Of a stretch of 64,000 nucleotides of DNA, positions 1-11,952 are shown piece after piece. The notes under the pieces were generated by a model. The model saw nothing but the letters and a program-made list of their open reading frames with translations, did no database searches and was not told the DNA's origin. The DNA is taken from the NCBI GenBank assembly GCA_038087875.1, contig JAXLNO010005869.1, positions 248,001 through 312,000 on the forward strand. Reading direction: 5' to 3'. The position numbers and the translations under genes are program-made. The DNA comes from Malacoraja senta (lineage: Eukaryota). Every line of letters starts with the position of its first letter. Position 1 is the first letter of the stretch.

Positions 1-493
1 CTTTAATTGAACTTCTTGTTAGATACATACTCTCTGATGGAAAACAACTCTCGCAATGAAATGACCATTAATGCTGTGTGCTTTTAATGTATAAATTGTA
101 AAAAGCTTGGATCAAATATTTTAAATTATTAATAAAGTTACTTGCACCAGTATTCTGGATAAGCAAATGCATCCTACTTTGGCAAATCTATAATGTAGAA
201 CATTGAATATGAGATTAAACAGAACTAAAATCAATTTCATTGGCATTCTGCTGTGCTTCTAGGGTGTCTGGAATTGTGTGAAGTGTCCCCTAGAGTCTTA
301 TAATGGACCAGTGCAAGCATTTGGTGATAGAAATGTAAACACATTTTACTATGGATTACTGCCGTGGAGTTATTTGATCCCCAGATTGTATTCTGTTAAC
401 TGGAAATTGTACTACATTGACTTTTAACTGGATTTTCTGGAGTTAGGTAAGTCAGAACCCATTTTAAACATTACATTGCTTTTCAAATGAAGA

Positions 494-1092
494 CACTTGA
501 GTTTAGAAGTTGGGAGGTCATGGTGCAGTTGTATAAGATGTTGGTGAGGCCACATTTACAGTATTGTATTCAATTCTGGGCACCGTGTTATTGGAAAGAT
601 GTTGTCAAGTTGGAAAAGGTACAGAGAAAATTTACAAGGATGTTGGCAGGACTAGAGGGTCTGAGCTATAGGCAGAGGTTGAGTAGGTTGGGGCTCTATT
701 CATTGGAGCGCAGGAGGATGAGGGATAATCTTATAGAGGTGTAAAAGATCATGAGAGGAATAGATTGGGTAGATGCTCTTGCAAAGTGTAGGTGAATCGA
801 GGACCAGAGGACATCGGTTTAAGGTGAAGAGGAAAAGATTTAATAGGAGTCTGAAGGGTAGCTTTTTCACGCAAGGGGTGGTGGATGAACAAGCTGCCAG
901 AGGAGGTAGTTGAGGCAGGAACTATCCCAACATTTAAGAAGCAGTTAGACAGGTACATGGTTAGGACAGGTTTGGAGGGATGTGGACCAAATGCTGGCAG
1001 ATGGGACGAGTGTAGGTGGGACATGTTGGCCGGTGTGGGCAAGTTGGGCCGAAGAACCAGTTTCCACATTGTATCACTGTATGACTCTATGA
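494..1092 (+). mobile_element. CR1 LINE 3' fragment (ORF2 C-terminus and 3'UTR), decayed
   Basis: ORF 487..744 LYKMLVRPHLQYCIQFWAP...LYSLERRRMRDNLIEV and ORF 885..1127 NKLPEEVVEAGTIPTFKKQLD are CR1 ORF2 C-terminal motifs; ends in a (tatgactc)n tail. Confidence 0.9.
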
Positions 1093-1456
1093 CGTTAGGG
1101 CATGGACCATATCAGACCTCCTCATGAGTAGATTTAGTAGTAAGATGCAGTAGTAATAAGAGGATGGAGTGAAAGCCCTTCCCTCCCCTGTACTGTTGCC
1201 AATGGCAACATCGCTCCACAATAATTACGTGAGTTGAGGAAACTGCTTCTGAGTGCTGAAAAGTGCAAGGATAAAGTCTGTGGCAATTGTATACTATTGT
1301 ATGCATGTGAAAGCAATGGATTAAAAGCAGGTCAATGGGACTGGTAAAGATAAGTACAATGGTCAACATCAACATGGTAGGTTGAAGAGCCTGTTTCTCT
1401 GTTATTCGATTCTATAACATTGAGTCTTATGTGTAAAATAACTTTGTGTTAGTGGG

Positions 1457-2086
1457 AACATGTAGAAACAAAGGACTGCAGATGGTGGATAATGCACAAA
1501 GGGACACAAAGTGCCGGAGTGCTCGGTCCACCAAGGCCTACTGGATCTCCCGGTTGCTAGCCATTTTAACTCCCTTTCCCATTCCAGCACTGACCTTTCT
1601 GTCCTGAGCCTCTAAGCTTGGGAAGCTTACAACCCAATGGTATGAATGTTGAATTCACCGTTTTTAGGGAACCTCTAATTAACTCCACCGCCACTCTTCT
1701 CTATCCGCCCCCTCCCCCCACCACTACCAGCACCAGGGACCCACCTGGACCTCTACCGATTTTTCCACTTCACCAAAACTCTCCCCCCCACCCCCTCCAT
1801 CTGCTACTTTCCTCTCCCTGGCTTCACAAACAGCAACTCCTCAAACCTCACAACTATTGTTCTTATCTCTGGCCTTTTTCCCCAACTGTCGGCCTGTCAA
1901 AAAATCCCCCTCGTTTTTGTCAATCTATTACCTGCCACACTTTGTTCTGCCTCTCCCCTTTTCCAGCTTTCTCCTCCCCCCTACTGTCAGTCTGAAGAAG
2001 GCTCTCGACCTGAAACATCACCAATCCATGTTCTCCAGGGATGCTGCCTGACCTACTGAGTTACTCCAGCAGTTTGTGTTCTTTTG
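1457..2086 (+). mobile_element. Penelope-like element 3' remnant with inverted pLTR piece at its 5' side
   Basis: 1550-1670 resembles the GIY-YIG C-terminus of the 6099-7312 copy; pLTR with cagtctgaagaagg...gaaac at about 1988-2020; 1457-1520 is a reverse-complement pLTR end. Confidence 0.7.
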
Positions 2087-2734
2087 TAATAGTGGACCTT
2101 TAGTAAAAGCATGGATGGGCCACTATGCACTACTGCTAAAACTGCTTTCTAGTCACCTGCGAATTTCTGGGCCAAAATTAATTCTCTGAACATTAGGATG
2201 TGACAAATAGTGTCCTTGGATTTTGGTACTGTAAACTCAGCTTTTAACAGATATTTTCATAACCTTGGTTGGAAGAATCAATAATTATCCAAGCTAACAT
2301 TTAACATTAAATTGGGTAACATTGTAAATTGTGTGGATGGGAGTAGGATATTGCAATAGGACATGGTAAATTTGTTGAGTGGACAAAGTTATGCCAGGTG
2401 TTGTTCAGAAAGCATGTGAAGTTATTCATTTGGATCAAAGAAAGGGAAATTAGAATAGTGGTGCAAGAGGAGGAGAGGGTATAACTGGTTGTGGAATCTT
2501 TTTGAAGTTGGCAGAAATTGCGAAGGTTGATCCGTTGAATGCAGAGGCAGGTAGATGGAATGTGAGGATCCGTGAATCCTGTTCCTCCTCTGTCAAAGAG
2601 TAGAAGAAAGAACAGAGGTGCTGAAAATTGATGTGATGTGCTCAAGAGTACTGGCCCACTATGGTAGAAAGGATGTCACTATTCATAAATAACAAAGAAT
2701 ATTTCAATTGCGGGCAACAATATTTTCAAGAATT

Positions 2735-3125
2735 ATCCCAGGAATGAGTGGGTTAACATATGATGAGTGTTTGATGGCTTGTACTCGCTGGAGTTTAGAA
2801 GCATGAGGGGAGCGACCTCATTGAAACTTATTGAATTGTGAAAAGCTTGGATAGAGTGGATGTGGAGAGGATGTTTCTGTTAGTGGGAGAATCTAAGACT
2901 AGAGGTCCTTTAAGAAGGAGATGAGGAGGAATTTCTTTAGCCAGAGGTGGTGAATCTGTGGAATTCTTTGCCAATAGATAGATTCTTGATTAGTATGGGG
3001 TGTCAGGGGTTATGGGGAGAAGACAGGATAATGGGGTTAGGAGGGAGAGATGGATCAGCCATGTTTGAACAGCGGAGTAGACTTGATGGGCTGAATGGCC
3101 TAATTCTGCTCCTATCATTTATGAC
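2735..3125 (+). mobile_element. CR1 LINE 3' fragment
   Basis: VVNLWNSLP motif and CR1 3'UTR similar to other copies in the window. Confidence 0.8.
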
Positions 3126-3777
3126 CTTATTACCCATAACGTTACAGACACCAACATGGGGATATTCCATTACCACTAGTCCTGCAGGATTTAGTCGGTG
3201 TGCTAGGTCAATCAGACAATTTGAGAAGTCAAATATGTTGTTGAGGAAACTATCAGAGATTGAACAGATAGTGGAGGAACAAGTTTCCAATAAAAAAGAA
3301 TGGAGAGCGGAATTTAGGAGCAATAAACATCAGGAAATAGTATTTAAGATACAATTGCACAAGGGAATGTAAACAAATATAAGGAATGCAACAATAAAAA
3401 TATATTAATAAGATAATCAGTGAGGAAAAATATAAAAAGTGAAGAAAGCAAGAAGAAAAAAGTATAAAAGATTGCCATTGTGAATTCCAAAGCTGACAAA
3501 GGCACAAAGGAAGGAAGTAATAATAATGGGATAACATTTTACAGAATATCAAATAATATATAGTTGGGAGAGGAAAATATGAGACCTTGGCTGGGATGTT
3601 ATTTTGGATAAAGTCTCACGATGGAGTGGAAATAGAAGATAGCTGTGGTTAATTCAAGTGGAGTGTCAGCGTAGGGCAGCAGAATAAGCAGCTAACAGCT
3701 GGGCAGCTGGAGGAGTCCTGATGTAGGGAGAAGGAGGCGGCAGAGCCAGAGGCTTTTCATATCAAATATATAATATA

Positions 3778-4700
3778 TATATATATATTTTTATTTTTTG
3801 TATTTATTAGAAGTACATTACATTACAACCACATACATTAGTACTCGTCACTTATATCTTCTTACAATTAATGTACTCCGTTTGTTTTTTACACTAGTAA
3901 AAGGAAAGGATAAGATTGAAAGAAAGAAGAAAGTGAAGGAAAAAGTGAAAGTGTAGAAAGTGTGACAACAAGACAGAACGAAGACCCTATAAGAACAAAA
4001 TTAAAAACAAAAGAAAAAGAGTTAAGAAATAGACCCTAGAAAAGGAGAAAGAGAAAGAGGAGAAAGAGAAAAACAAATAGTTTTTATGAGCATTACGCAA
4101 ATGGGACATACCAACTTTCCAACTATCATCACCCTTTACCTGACCTCAGTTTTTTTTTTTAAGGTACCTTTGCACCCTATATTTGTAATAATTCTATAAA
4201 TGCAGACCACGTCAGATGGAAGTGATCTGGTTTACATGCCAGGAGGAGTCTTATTTCTTCTAGGTGTAATGTTTCAAACATATTTGAAATCCACATGTTT
4301 ATAGTTGGTATTGGAGCCTTCTTCCAAAATGTTAGGATTAGCTTTTTTCCAGTTATTAACCCATAGTCTATTAGTTTCTTTTGAAACACATTTAGTTCTG
4401 GACCATCTTCCGTTGTTCCGAAGATAATCCATTCTGCTTTGGGTATCAGTTTTATTTTAAATAATTTTGTAAAGATTTCAAAAATTTCATTCCAAAATTT
4501 TTGAATTTTTGTACAGAAAACAAATGAATGCGCTATAGTAGCTTCTTGGGATTGACATTTATCACAAATGGATGATACATTTGGGAAAATTTTATGGATT
4601 TTAGTTTTGGAATAATATAATCTATGTAAAATTTTAAATTGTATTAAAGTGTGTCTTACATTAATCGAACATTTATGCACGTTTAATAAGCGTTCATTCC
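3778..4700 (-). mobile_element. 5'-truncated L1-clade LINE (ORF2 zinc-knuckle C-terminus, 3'UTR, A-rich tail) with 15-bp TSD
   Basis: ORF 4177..4680 QFKILHRLYY...CDKCQSQEATIAHSFVFC is the L1/Tx1 CCHC region; CAAATATATAATATA occurs at 3763-3777 and 4701-4715. Confidence 0.88.
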
Positions 4701-6098
4701 CAAATATATAATATAAGAGCAGTCAGCGATAACACTCTATCTTTAAAAAATATGTAGAGACCAGCTGCACGATATTTCACACAAAAAATGTACAGTCAAC
4801 AAATAATTAATTTTTAAAGGCTCATAAGAGGAGAATTTGTGGTGGGGGTTGGGAAATAGTAAAGAGTATCAGAGAAGCCGAGGCAACTGAAGGCAAAGCC
4901 AGAAAGCACGTAGAAGAGACATTGCACAATAGACTAGTGTCAAGGAAAGGACAGTTTAATAGATGTATGTGTTGGATATCAGCATTGGGGCAGGTGAATT
5001 ATAATTATAATAAGCTCTAGTAACATCACGAGCTTCAGAACGAAAGTACCTTCTTACGAATTAACAACTTTCACCTGTGCTTTTATCATGTCTGACAATG
5101 CCGTTATGTTAAATAATCATGACATTTACTTATACCAATATACCACACTATTTTGCTTCTGAAAAAAAGGTGTGAAATGTTTTTCACACATAAATACATG
5201 TTTTATCTGTCAGTTGGCTTTCTCAGATATTTTTCCATCTTTACTGTGTGTCTCGTGCGGCATTTACTTCTTAATCTGATGGATATGCAAAATGTTGATT
5301 CAACATTATTGATTTGTGACTTCCCTTCAAAAGTTGATTCCATATCCACTTCAGGAATAAATTAGTCACCACAGGTTTCTACAACATGTTAAAATTAACC
5401 TCCCTCTGAAAATATTGGCACTTCTGGCATGTCTTCCAATTTGTACAAAATATTATTTGAGAACGGCAGCTGTCTACATCTTCTGAAGGAAGTCCTGAAG
5501 TCTTGTACTATTACACTACTAGCTCACTTACGAGTGTCACACTTGTCTGCATTGCTCCTCTTTGCCTTTTTAGAACTAGTGAGATGTGAACCATGATTTT
5601 GCTACTATTTCAACTGATAGCTGTCCATTCTTTTTCCAAGCTGGGCCTTACCAAACTCAAACACATTTATGGCACATGATATATTTTTCTGGAGTAGAAT
5701 ATTGTTTTGAATGTTCTCTCTATGAGCATAAACAACCTTGGAATTTTTTTCTCTGAAAGGCTTCCTCTTGAATCCATAGAGACAGCGACACTGTTCTGAA
5801 ATGATAGGAAGTGTAGGGGAATTAATGACGATTCCTCCTAATTCAGTGAATTTCATGACGTCACACTTTCCTACATCAAATTCCATTTGTCAAATTCCTG
5901 ACCGCTCACCCAACCTGTTCAATCGCTGAGTGCAAACATACTCTTCGCAACAACACTCCCTTATGACATATTTTCCTGTCATTGGCAAATTTTCCCCTGA
6001 TAATCAAAACAAGAAGCCAGCAAACTGACAACTACCAGCCCCCTTCTCCAGATCAGTAATTTAAATCATAATTAATTGAGGACCAAGAAGAAATACTT

Positions 6099-7312
6099 CA
6101 TCCATTTCACCACTAACTTCCATCTGACACTCAAATTCACCTGGACCATTGCCGACATCTCCCTACCGTTTCATAACCTTACTATCTCCATCGCAGGTAA
6201 CAGACTACTGACCGACATCTACTACAAACCCACTGACTCCCATGGCTATCTGGACTACACTTCTTCCCACCCTGCTTCCTGTAAGGACTCTATCCCCTAC
6301 TCCCAATTCCTCAGTCTACGCCGGATCTGCACCCAGGATGAGGTGTTCCAAACCAGGGCATTGGAGATGTCCTCATTCTTTAGGGAACGGGGGTTCCCCT
6401 CTTAGACTATAGATGAGACTCTCACCAGGGTCTCCTCTATACCCCGTAGCTCCGCTCTCACTCCCCATCCCCCCACTCGTAACAAGGACAGAGTTCCCCT
6501 TGTCCTCAACTTCCACCCTACCAGCCGTCACATACAACATATAATCCTCTGACATTTTCACCACCTCCAACGGGATCCCACCACTCACCACATCTTCCCA
6601 TTTCCTTCCCTTTCGGCTTTCCGCAGAGACCACTCCCTCCGTAACTCCCTGGTCAATTTGTCCCTTCCCACCCAAACCACACCCTCCCCTGGTACTTTCC
6701 CTTGCAACCGCAGGAAATGCTACACTTGTCGATTTACCTCACCGGTCGACTCCATCCAAGGACCCAAGCAGTCTTTCCAGGTGAGGCAGAAGTTCACCTG
6801 CACCTCCTCCAACCTCATCTATTGCATCTGCTGCTCAACTGCTCTACATCGGTGAGACCAAGCGCAGGCTTGGCGATCGCTTCGCCAACACCTCCGCACA
6901 GTTTGCAATAACCAACCTAATTTCGCGGTGGCTCAGCACTTCAACTCCCCCTCCCATTCCGAATCCGGCCTTTCTGTCCTGGGCCTCCTCCATGGCCAGA
7001 GTGAGTCCCACCGCAAATTGGAGGAGGAGCACCTCATATTTCACTTGGGTAGTTTACACCCCAGCGGTATGAACATTGACTTCTCCAATTTCAGGTAGTC
7101 CTTGCTTTCTCCCTCCTTCCCCTCCCCTTCCCAGCTCTCCCACTGTCTCCGCCTCTTCCTTTCTTCTTCCCACCCCCACATCAGTCTGAAGAAGGGTCTC
7201 GACCCGAAAGGTCACCTATTCCTTCGCTCCATAGATGCTGCCTCACCCGCTGAGTTTCTCCAACATTTTTGTCTACCTTCGATTTTTCCAGCATCTGCAG
7301 TTCTTTCTTAAA
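6099..7312 (+). mobile_element. Penelope-like retroelement, 5'-truncated (RT thumb, GIY-YIG endonuclease remnant, pLTR) with 15-bp TSD
   Basis: TDIYYKPTDSHGYLDYTSSHP (PLE RT C-terminus), FTCTSSNLIYCI (GIY-YIG N-terminus); CAAGAAGAAATACTT at 6084-6098 and 7313-7327. Confidence 0.92.
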
Positions 7313-7813
7313 CAAGAAGAAATACTTGGGCACTTTAGGTTATACTCTTCCAGTCTGATAAAGACCAACTCTCACTCTTTTATGCATAAACCAATCTTCA
7401 GTCCAAGCTAGCAATCTTCCCCATATACCATGAATACTTATCTTCTGCACCAGCATTTTCTGGGGCACCTTGTCAAATACCTTTCTGAAGATACACTGAA
7501 ATGGTGGGAGAGCAGACTGAATTTGTGAGGTTGATTACATCATTTCATACAGTGAACTCAACAAGCTGGCCAGAAGTCTTTCCCATTGCCCCCAGTAACT
7601 GCATATACACAGTCATGGGACTATCTCTCCTGCTCACTGTTTCTGTTTGAACCTCATTCTTGGGGTGGCTCCCTCACCTGCAAGGTTAGTGATTAGCTCT
7701 TGCCTGGAGATGTTTTTCAACACCACTATTCATTCTCTGATTCTTTATGCCAATTTGTATCCTCCACTATCTTAAATTGAGGTGGAGTAAACTGGTCTTC
7801 CATCTTCCATATC

Positions 7814-8115
7814 AGAGTAGAGGAATCGAGATCCAGAGGACATAGGTTTAAGGTGTGGGGGAAAATATTTAATAGGAACCTGAGTGTTAACTTTTTACAC
7901 AATGCGTGGTGGGTATATGGAATGAGCTGCCAGAGGAGGTAGTTGAGGTAAGGTATTATCATAATATTTAAGAGACATTTGGACAGGTACATAGATAGGA
8001 TAGGCCTCGATGGTTATGGACCAGGCGCGGGCAAGTGGGAATAGTGCAGATGAGGCATGTTGGTTGGCGTGGGCAAGTATGCCGAACGGTCTATTTCCAC
8101 TCTTTATGACTCTAT
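7814..8115 (+). mobile_element. CR1 LINE 3' fragment
   Basis: Collinear with 790-1092 (aggggtggtgg...ctgccagaggaggtagttgagg) and has the same tail. Confidence 0.8.
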
Positions 8116-8459
8116 GCTGATGGTTATCGAGTAGGAAAGGTTGCTGCCAATTTGTACAGATTGTGGTCTGTTAATGAGGAAGTAGAGGATCGAGCAATGC
8201 TCTGCGGCTGCAGGGGGGGAAGTTTCTTCAAACTGACATTTACTCAGAGCAAATGCCTGTCTATTGCTGTTACTATCCTCATTGCAAGTTGTATATATGG
8301 TGGCAATTAGTGGTATTTGGCACTGGATAGGATAGCAAAATGGAACATATGATGAGTGGAGGATTAGAAATTATAGGTAGGAAAATGGTTTATGTGGTAG
8401 ATGGGCTAAAGATAGTCAAAGTAGGTTCTGTTTCAAAATCTGGAACTAGATATTTGTGG

Positions 8460-8840
8460 ATGAAAAAAAGAGACTGCAAATGTTGAATTTTGGAAATGTT
8501 GAACTCAGCGAGTTGAGCAGCATCGGGAGGGAAAGGATTTATTGAGTTCAAGAAACTCCTGCAATCCCTCCCATACCCGAGTCGTCCTACTAGTTCCAAT
8601 GTTTACATCCTTGTATCCCATTTGGTAGCACATCTTCCCCAGCCAACAGTAGGCCATCATGGACTCCACCCTTCCTGAGGTCATCTGTTACTGGCCCTGA
8701 TTTGTCCTGGCCTTTTCTCGCCTCTCCTCCCCCCCTCTTTCTTTCAAGCTGAAGGAGGGTTACGACCCGAATCATCACCTATTCCTTTTCCACAGAGATG
8801 CTGCCTGACCCGCTGAGTTTCACCACCATTTTGGGTCTAT
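8460..8840 (+). mobile_element. Penelope pLTR remnant with inverted 5' piece
   Basis: Degenerate hammerhead core at about 8749-8780 followed by gatgctgcctgacccgctgagtt; 8460-8530 is a reverse-complement pLTR piece. Confidence 0.6.
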
Positions 8841-8868
8841 CCCTGCATCCGTTGAGCAGGAGGAGTTG

Positions 8869-9068
8869 NNNNNNNNNNNNNNNNNNNNNNNNNNNNNNNN
8901 NNNNNNNNNNNNNNNNNNNNNNNNNNNNNNNNNNNNNNNNNNNNNNNNNNNNNNNNNNNNNNNNNNNNNNNNNNNNNNNNNNNNNNNNNNNNNNNNNNNN
9001 NNNNNNNNNNNNNNNNNNNNNNNNNNNNNNNNNNNNNNNNNNNNNNNNNNNNNNNNNNNNNNNNNNNN
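8869..9068. other. Assembly gap (200 N)
   Basis: Run of N bases. Confidence 1.
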
Positions 9069-9089
9069 GCTGTGAAGGTCTGAAGAGTT

Positions 9090-9485
9090 TTAGTTTGTTT
9101 TGTTTATTATCACGTGTACCGAGGTACAGTTAAAAGCTTTTGTTGAGTGCTAACCAGTCAGCGGAAAGAGAATACATGATTACAGTCGAGCCATCCTCAG
9201 TGTACAAGTACATAATAAAGGGAATAAGATAAAGTCCAGTAAAGTCTGATAGTCCGAGGGTCACCAAAGAGGTAGATAGTAGTTCAGGACTGCTCTGTTG
9301 GTAGGATGGTTCAGTTGCCTGATAACCTTTGGGAAGAAACTGTCCCTGAATCTGGACGTGTGCGTTTTCACACTTCTATACCTTTTGCCCGATGGGAGAG
9401 GGGAGAAGAGGGAGCGGCCAGGGGGAGACTCGTCCTTGATTATGCTGGTAGCCTTGCTGAGGCAGCGTGAGGTGTACATGGAGTC
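9090..9485 (-). mobile_element. Rex1/Babar-type LINE 3' fragment
   Basis: ORF 9261..9479 SIIKDESPPGRSLFSPLPSGKRYRS...RFRDSFFP matches the C-terminus of the 35010-37790 element. Confidence 0.85.
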
Positions 9486-9510
9486 TTTTTAAATATATTT
9501 TCTTTAAATG

Positions 9511-10551
9511 TAGCAATGTTACAAAATTTTGTGATTTTAAAAATAAAGTCTGCAATTTATCCCATCAGATAAAGCATAAAAAGAAGTTTAATTTGACACT
9601 TAATTCACTTTCATATCTTCAGTATTAAAAAGGTTATGGCCATTATCATACTCAGAAATTAGCATCTAGTTCCCTATTGCTTTTCCATTGACTTAACACA
9701 AAAGCTGTGATCGAGGACAGTTAAAAGCCCATAACTTTCTTAAAAATTATGATAACTGAAAGAAATTTTCAGTTATTATAGATTGAAGCATTCTGAAACA
9801 AATATGAAACAATCTTACTTCGAAGACATGAAAGTAAAGCATATAATTAGTTAGTTACCTAATTGTAGCTAATTAGAAAATTCAATTACTAGATCTAAAC
9901 ATCTATCAATTTCTTAAGAATAGATTAACATTTTTAAATAGCCTAAGTGTCCAAATAACATTCACACAAGAATTCACAATATAACATAATTTTTAAATCT
10001 CATTGTCATGGATTTACAGGCCAAATGGAAGGAATTTAATGTTTAATACCTGTAAATTAATGGACATTTAAATCATTTTGCGAGTTAGGATTTCTGGAAC
10101 GCGATCATTTGGAACATTGATTTGCGGTGAATTTAACCCCGTATCGGCATGAAAAATGCTGCCGTTAGTTCGGGGAATAAAATCACCGTTTCGCATGAAA
10201 AATTGTGAATTAAAGGCTTCTTGAGAAGCACTTTTATACATTAAAATAAACCACTTTCGTTTACCTGTCCCGTACGTGAAATCCGTCCCCGTTGTTGGCG
10301 TTGACGGCTTCAGAAGCTGATTTTAAAATGACTGCAGCGCTGAAATTGTCGGGAGATTTAAAAAAAAAAAAACTCAAAACGCCCCTCGGAACGATTCTTC
10401 CGCAAAAGCTTGTTCTCCAACGAAATATAATACAGGACAAGGTAGGAGAAACCCGCGTTTTAACCCCGCCCCCCCTCAAAGCGCCAAAATCGCGCACACG
10501 GCCAGTGGCAGAATTACAGCGCCACTGAAGGTAAGTATTGTAACATACCTA
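9511..10551. mobile_element. Non-autonomous TIR DNA transposon with 7-bp TSD
   Basis: Left end TAGCAATGTTACAA vs reverse complement of right end TAGGTATGTTACAA (12/14); TTAAATG at 9504-9510 and 10552-10558; no transposase recognised. Confidence 0.75.
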
Positions 10552-10929
10552 TTAAATGTATTTTTCAAACAAGAGAGAACATCCCCAACTAATAAGATGT
10601 AACTCTATTTCTTAAAGTCTGAGAAATCATTTCTTTAAAAAGCAGAATGGTTACAAGTTTTAAATCTAAAGGAGTCATTTTAAATTACTTTTTCTATGGA
10701 TAAAATCATGGGGTGGATCTTTTCTTGCTCTGAAAACCTCGTCAGCGCGAGGATCTCACATATAATAATAGACTGGCTGCACCCCCAGAATTGCCATGAT
10801 AACTAATGAAGCTCCACCCCACCCTAACGAACTGCCATTGACATGTGCAATCTCTCAAAAAACATTAAATAAGATTACTACTGAAATGTTTAGATGAGTC
10901 AAATAGCACTATGGCATTCAAATGATCCC

Positions 10930-11400
10930 AAGCAGTTCAGCAAATCCATGTACATCTTCACAAGGATGCCAAGTGGGAATTCCAGGCGAAGCTAGAGTCC
11001 CAGGATAACTACACAGACAGCTGTTGATTGTGGCTTTTTATAATGGGCTATAAGGTAAAGTCGAGCAGTGTCACTGGTAAGAACACATTCCTCCCATACA
11101 AACTCAATGCATTCTATGCTCGCTTTGAACAGAAGCTCAATGGAATGACGTTACCTGTCCCGACTACCTCTGGTGTGCCCATACCCATGGTCACTGCAGC
11201 AGGTCAGATCAAAGAGCCCAGGGAACGCAACTGGTCTGGATGGAGTCCACGTCCTCCGAACCTGCGCGGACCAGCTGCAGTCAGCATCCATTCGATAACT
11301 AGATTCTCGACTTCCTGACCCGTAGACCATAATCTGTGAGGACAGGTAATAAAACGTCTCGCATGATAATTCTCAACACCAGTGCCCTACTGGGGCTGGT
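10930..11400 (+). mobile_element. Rex1/Babar-type LINE internal fragments, decayed
   Basis: ORF 11028..11318 LPYKLNAFYARFE matches LPDELNAFYARFD of the 35953 ORF. Confidence 0.7.
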
Positions 11401-11740
11401 AAGCATCCAGCCTGCAAACCATTGATGTGTCAGTGCAGATCCATTAACCACTGGCTCATTTGAAAGTCCTGCATGATGTGCCTGTACTTTTTTCTGCAAA
11501 TAAATGGCCAAGCATAAAAGTTGCACACGGAAGCTTGGATATCTGCTGATGGTTCAGTGTGAGTAGGCTGGCAAATTTTGCAGATGGAGCTTAAAATGGG
11601 CAAATATGAGGATATCTACTTTGGAAAGAAGAATGAAAAAGCAAATTTATCTAAATAGAGCAACTGCAAAATGTTGTAATACAGTGGGATCTGAAGGTCC
11701 CACAGATTGGTTTTCAGGTAAGAAAGTCAAGAGCATTTAA

Positions 11741-11952
11741 TTGTCATAGGCTCCAACAAAGGAATAGTGAAATTAGAACTGCAGCCGCATAACAGGCCTG
11801 TAAGCACAATTGTCATAGGCTCCAACAAAGGAATAGTGAAATTAGAACTGCAGCCGCATAACAGGCCTGTAAGCACAATTGTCATAGGCTCCAACAAAGG
11901 AATAGTGAAATTAGAACTGCAGCCGCATAACGATAACAGGCCTGTAAGCACA
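11741..11952. repeat. 69-bp tandem triplication within a minus-strand Rex1-type 3' end (about 11720-12150)
   Basis: Unit starting ttgtcataggctccaacaaagg begins at 11741, 11810 and 11879; the third copy has a 6-bp insertion. Confidence 0.95.

Noticed and set aside
263-446. AG...GTAAGT-bounded segment with a 54-codon open frame
   Set aside because: A stop occurs before the donor and there is no similarity to PLCL2.
8798-9133. ORFs spanning 8869-9068
   Set aside because: Artefacts of the N gap.
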